Shown piece by piece: positions 60,818 to 64,000 of a stretch of DNA of 64,000 nucleotides. Below the pieces are notes generated by a model that saw nothing but the letters and a program-made list of their open reading frames with translations, had not been told where the DNA came from and ran no database searches. Both the position numbers and the translations under genes were made by a program. Every line of letters begins with the position of its first letter. Within the stretch, counting starts at the first letter, position 1. Source of the DNA: Nitrospira sp. (GTDB lineage: Bacteria; Nitrospirota; Nitrospiria; Nitrospirales; Nitrospiraceae); assembly GCA_047150005.1 (NCBI GenBank), contig AP038806.1, positions 4,007,158-4,071,157 of the forward strand. The letters run 5' to 3'.

Positions 60818-63493
60818 TCAGCGCGCAGATTCTGGGGCCCCGAACCAAGTGTTCACCACCTGTTCCAATTCACCGGCATGAAACGGCTTCAGCAGATAGG
60901 CCTGGGCGCCCATTCCAATGGCCTGCACAGCCGTATCCCTGGCCCCCGACGCCGTCACCATCACGATCGGGACCTGCTGATCATTTTGGCGAATCCGTCT
61001 CAGAAGTTCCATCCCGTCGATCGACGGCAGGCCGATGTCCAGGATCATGCCTGAGAACGTTTCCCGGCAGACCACTTCCATAGCCTGGAGGCCGTCGCTT
61101 TCCGATCGGACGTCGTAGCCCTTGGCCCGCAGGCGATCCTCCAGATACTGCCGAATGTCGGAGTCGTCATCGACCACCAAAACCGGCGCCATCCGAGTGG
61201 CCCCCTCTTTCACATGGATGTCCGGCGGAGACCACAGAGGAAGAGTGACCGAAAACTCCGCCCCTTCGTCCTCGCCGCTTCGCGCCTCGATGGCGCCTCC
61301 ATGCAATTCGACGAGGGTGCGCACAATGGAGAGTCCCAGTCCCAATCCCTTGGTTTCGGTCCGCGCCTTCAGCTTGAAGAACGGATCGAAGACTTTATCG
61401 ATGAACTCCGAGGGAATGCCGGGACCGGAATCCTGGACGGAAATCTTGGCGGCGCACGGATGCTCCATCGTCACCTTCACGGTTATGCGTCCGCATTCCG
61501 GCGTGAACTTCACCGCGTTCTGGACCAGGTTGGTGACGATCTGGAACAGCCGATCCCGATCAGCCCAGACAATCAACGGAACGGAGGGATACACCACCTC
61601 CAGCTTGTGCCGTTTCCCTTGTGCCAGGGGCCTGAGCTGCTCCACTGCGTCGGACACGGCGTGGGCCAGATCGACCTCCGCCGGAACCAACTCCAGCCGG
61701 CCGGTCTGAATCCGCGTTTGGTCGAGAAGATCGTCGATCATGCGGATGAGACGCTCGGAATTTTCCAGCACACGGATCAGATATCGCTGCTGTTTCTCGT
61801 TCACCGGTCCGGTCAGTCCATCCAACATGTTCTGCAGAAAGCCCTTGATCGAGGTCAGCGGCGTTTTCAGTTCGTGTGACACATGGGACAGAAACTGCGA
61901 ACGCAAACGATCCGCCTGTTCCAATTCGGCCGTGCGCTCGCGGACCTTGGCTTCCAATCCCACGTTGAGCTCTTCGATCTGGCGGTACGCGGCCGCGTTG
62001 TCCATCGCCCCGGCGACCTGGTGGGCGAAGGTGACCAACAGTTCAAGATCCTCGAGGGTCAGACAATGTTCCTGCATTCGATCGACCATCAGGCAACCGA
62101 GGATGCGATCTTTGGCCTTCAACGGCACGACGATGAATGCTTTGGTCCCGATCAGCATCGCCAGTTGCTTGGTCGAGGGATGCAGGCGCCCCCATACCGT
62201 CCTGATATCGCCGATCAGCAGCGGGGTGCCGCGCAACAACACCGTGCCCTCCGGACTCTCGGGGTCCGACACGGGAATGACGCTGGCGCGGGCTCGAGCC
62301 GTGACCTCGGGAGACACGCCGACGAGTCTCGCGTCTTTGGCCACCTGCTGGTCCGGGTCATAGAACGAGATCATGGCTCTGTCGAAATGCAAGTCCCTGG
62401 TCAGAGTCTCCAAGACCTGCTGCAGCAGCACCTCGCGATCGAGCATGGAACTGAAGAGCAACCCGGCTTGATGCAGGACCATCAGATGGCTGATCTTTCT
62501 CCGCAACTCCACGCGAGTCTGTTCCTGCTCGAGATAGGCGTCCCGAAGCTGTTCATGGCGCGACTCCACGTCGGCCATCTGTTCTTTAATCAATGCTTCC
62601 CGCTGTCGGCTCTCCTGATGCAACCGCCGATTGATCAGTGTTCCGGACACGAACACCGGCACGAGCGCCGCCAGGGCGAGTTCGCCGATGCTCACGCCGG
62701 AAACCAAGGATCGCATCGCCGCCGCCGTCAGCGCCCCGGCGACCGCGCCCCACACATGCCATGCGACATGGCGATTCGACTGCGGCTGCCATCGGACCTC
62801 CCACTCGCAGTACTCGTCGCCCCTGACGATGCACGTCCGATCCGTCACGGTGGACGGCGGCAGCCCATGCAGCTTCGCAGGAACCATGGCTAGCCGCCCT
62901 TTGACGGACTCGCAGATCTGCGCGGCACAGGCTTTTCGGTAGGATCCGAATTGCTCATAGACCCGCTGAGTCAGACTCAAGCGGAGCACCGCCGATGATT
63001 CCGTAACGGCCACGACCGAATAGTCCAGACCCCGCGCGAATTTCTTCGCGTAATAGGGATACATGCGGTGGACTTGCGCCAGGCTGAAGGGTCGTCCCAA
63101 TGCCTGGATCAACGGGGAAATGTGCTTCTCCCGTCCGACGTTCCGATAGAACGCGGGATCCTCGGACAGTTCCCGACACAACTCGCGCAGGTACGACGTG
63201 AATTCGTACGAGTAGCTGTTCCAGACGTTACGCAACTGCTCGAGCGTCACGTGGTGCGAGGAATCGCGCAAGCGCCGGTTGAGCAGCCGGCACAGGTCCT
63301 CGATCGCTCGTCGAGCCGCCTCCGTCCCTTTCGTCCGTGTCATCCACTCTTCCAGATAGTCCACGTTGTCGCGGATGACGATCCCGCTGACGTCTCGGAC
63401 CGGTTCGCCGCGCGCATCGACACCGAACGGTACGAACTGCATGGTCCCCCGTTCCAGAATCGTATGGTCCTGCGACAGTAAATGAGGTGTCAT
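60818..63493 (-). CDS. Hybrid sensor histidine kinase: V4R/HNOB-like N-terminal domain, hydrophobic hairpin, GAF, HisKA, HATPase, REC
   Basis: CIVRGDEYCEWEVRW (V4R-like); FDRAMI...VPLKAKDRILG (GAF); SHELKTPLT; NLVQNAVKF, DSGPGI, GLGLGLSI; REC MILDIGLP. Confidence 0.88.
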   Translation of the reverse strand: MTPHLLSQDHTILERGTMQFVPFGVDARGEPVRDVSGIVIRDNVDYLEEWMTRTKGTEAARRAIEDLCRLLNRRLRDSSHHVTLEQLRNVWNSYSYEFTSYLRELCRELSEDPAFYRNVGREKHISPLIQALGRPFSLAQVHRMYPYYAKKFARGLDYSVVAVTESSAVLRLSLTQRVYEQFGSYRKACAAQICESVKGRLAMVPAKLHGLPPSTVTDRTCIVRGDEYCEWEVRWQPQSNRHVAWHVWGAVAGALTAAAMRSLVSGVSIGELALAALVPVFVSGTLINRRLHQESRQREALIKEQMADVESRHEQLRDAYLEQEQTRVELRRKISHLMVLHQAGLLFSSMLDREVLLQQVLETLTRDLHFDRAMISFYDPDQQVAKDARLVGVSPEVTARARASVIPVSDPESPEGTVLLRGTPLLIGDIRTVWGRLHPSTKQLAMLIGTKAFIVVPLKAKDRILGCLMVDRMQEHCLTLEDLELLVTFAHQVAGAMDNAAAYRQIEELNVGLEAKVRERTAELEQADRLRSQFLSHVSHELKTPLTSIKGFLQNMLDGLTGPVNEKQQRYLIRVLENSERLIRMIDDLLDQTRIQTGRLELVPAEVDLAHAVSDAVEQLRPLAQGKRHKLEVVYPSVPLIVWADRDRLFQIVTNLVQNAVKFTPECGRITVKVTMEHPCAAKISVQDSGPGIPSEFIDKVFDPFFKLKARTETKGLGLGLSIVRTLVELHGGAIEARSGEDEGAEFSVTLPLWSPPDIHVKEGATRMAPVLVVDDDSDIRQYLEDRLRAKGYDVRSESDGLQAMEVVCRETFSGMILDIGLPSIDGMELLRRIRQNDQQVPIVMVTASGARDTAVQAIGMGAQAYLLKPFHAGELEQVVNTWFGAPESAR

Positions 63494-63870
63494 AACCGAT
63501 CGTGATTCGGATTCCGAACTATATCACAGACACGTCGTCACTCGCGGCACTCTCGTGTGACGCTCAGTCCTTCGGACCAGGGCCGTTCTGCTCCAGTCCG
63601 TCAGACTCCTTTGCACAGTCCTTTCGGCGAATGTATCACCGGAGACGGGCGGCGGATTCCAGCTCGCAGCTTTTCGTATTACGCAAGGGATGTACCTTCG
63701 TCATACGGCCTACAGCTGTGAACAACCGTCTGAATCTCTCTGCATCTCGATTGAGGCGTCGTGAGGAAACAGGACAGGACCAAACACAGAGACTGATCAG
63801 TATTGATTGAGATACAAAATGGGAAGGAAAAGATACAGAAGTCGAGGCCGTTCAACCAACGGCTGTCGCG

Positions 63871-64000
63871 TCAGGTCCGCACGCGGCGCTTCAGCCGACG
63901 TTCCACGCTCTTGACTTTTCCGGACAGCCGGCCGGAATGACCTTTGCGGTAGTCGATCTTGACCGAACAGGAGATCCGGTTACAGTCCTTCTTCATGCGC
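63871..64000 (-). CDS. C-terminal fragment of an MTH1187/YkoF-like (thiamine-binding) protein, truncated by the window edge
   Basis: Manual translation RMKKDCNRISCSVKIDYRKGHSGRLSGKVKSVERRLKRRVRT*. Confidence 0.65.
   Translation of the reverse strand, partial: RMKKDCNRISCSVKIDYRKGHSGRLSGKVKSVERRLKRRVRT

Noticed and set aside
63502..63810. 102-aa plus-strand ORF upstream of the kinase
   Set aside because: No clear Shine-Dalgarno or motifs; probably the kinase promoter region
1..64000. CRISPR arrays, rRNA, defence or retron-type systems
   Set aside because: No regularly spaced direct repeats, rRNA signatures, or cas/reverse-transcriptase motifs seen; short or degenerate arrays could be missed by eye

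Overview
Bacterial chromosomal window of about 60% GC (judged by eye). Gene content and order suggest a Nitrospira-like organism; this is inference and was not checked against a database. From left to right: (1) a type IV pilus-class (Chp/Pil-like) chemosensory operon with no CheB/CheR in the window, headed by a stand-alone c-type haem protein (21-9521, minus); (2) a cobamide uptake, salvage and remodelling operon (btuF-C-D, btuB, pduO, cobQ, cobU, cobT, cobS, cbiB, cobD, cbiZ) controlled by two cobalamin riboswitches (9973-23331, minus); (3) an uncharacterised membrane or secreted protein, then an IS30-family element inserted into a REP-like palindrome that supplies the transposase stop codon; (4) housekeeping genes (rpmB, tRNA-Gly, tyrS, comEA, an internally deleted lpd pseudogene, gcvH, ndk, mtnA, comEC, glmM, folP, ftsH, hpt, tilS, ribF), a hem operon, a divergent rsmI-like gene, tusA, tRNA-Leu, yggX, two DUF151 genes, rplM-rpsI, argC-argJ, rpsB-tsf-pyrH-frr and alr; (5) a hybrid histidine kinase with a V4R/HNOB-like N-terminal sensor, directly followed by a FadL-type outer-membrane channel. 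The best candidates for an undescribed system are the FadL plus V4R-like kinase module, the haem-c protein feeding the chemosensory system, and the REP-targeting IS30. All family assignments are from recognised motifs by eye; no searches were run.
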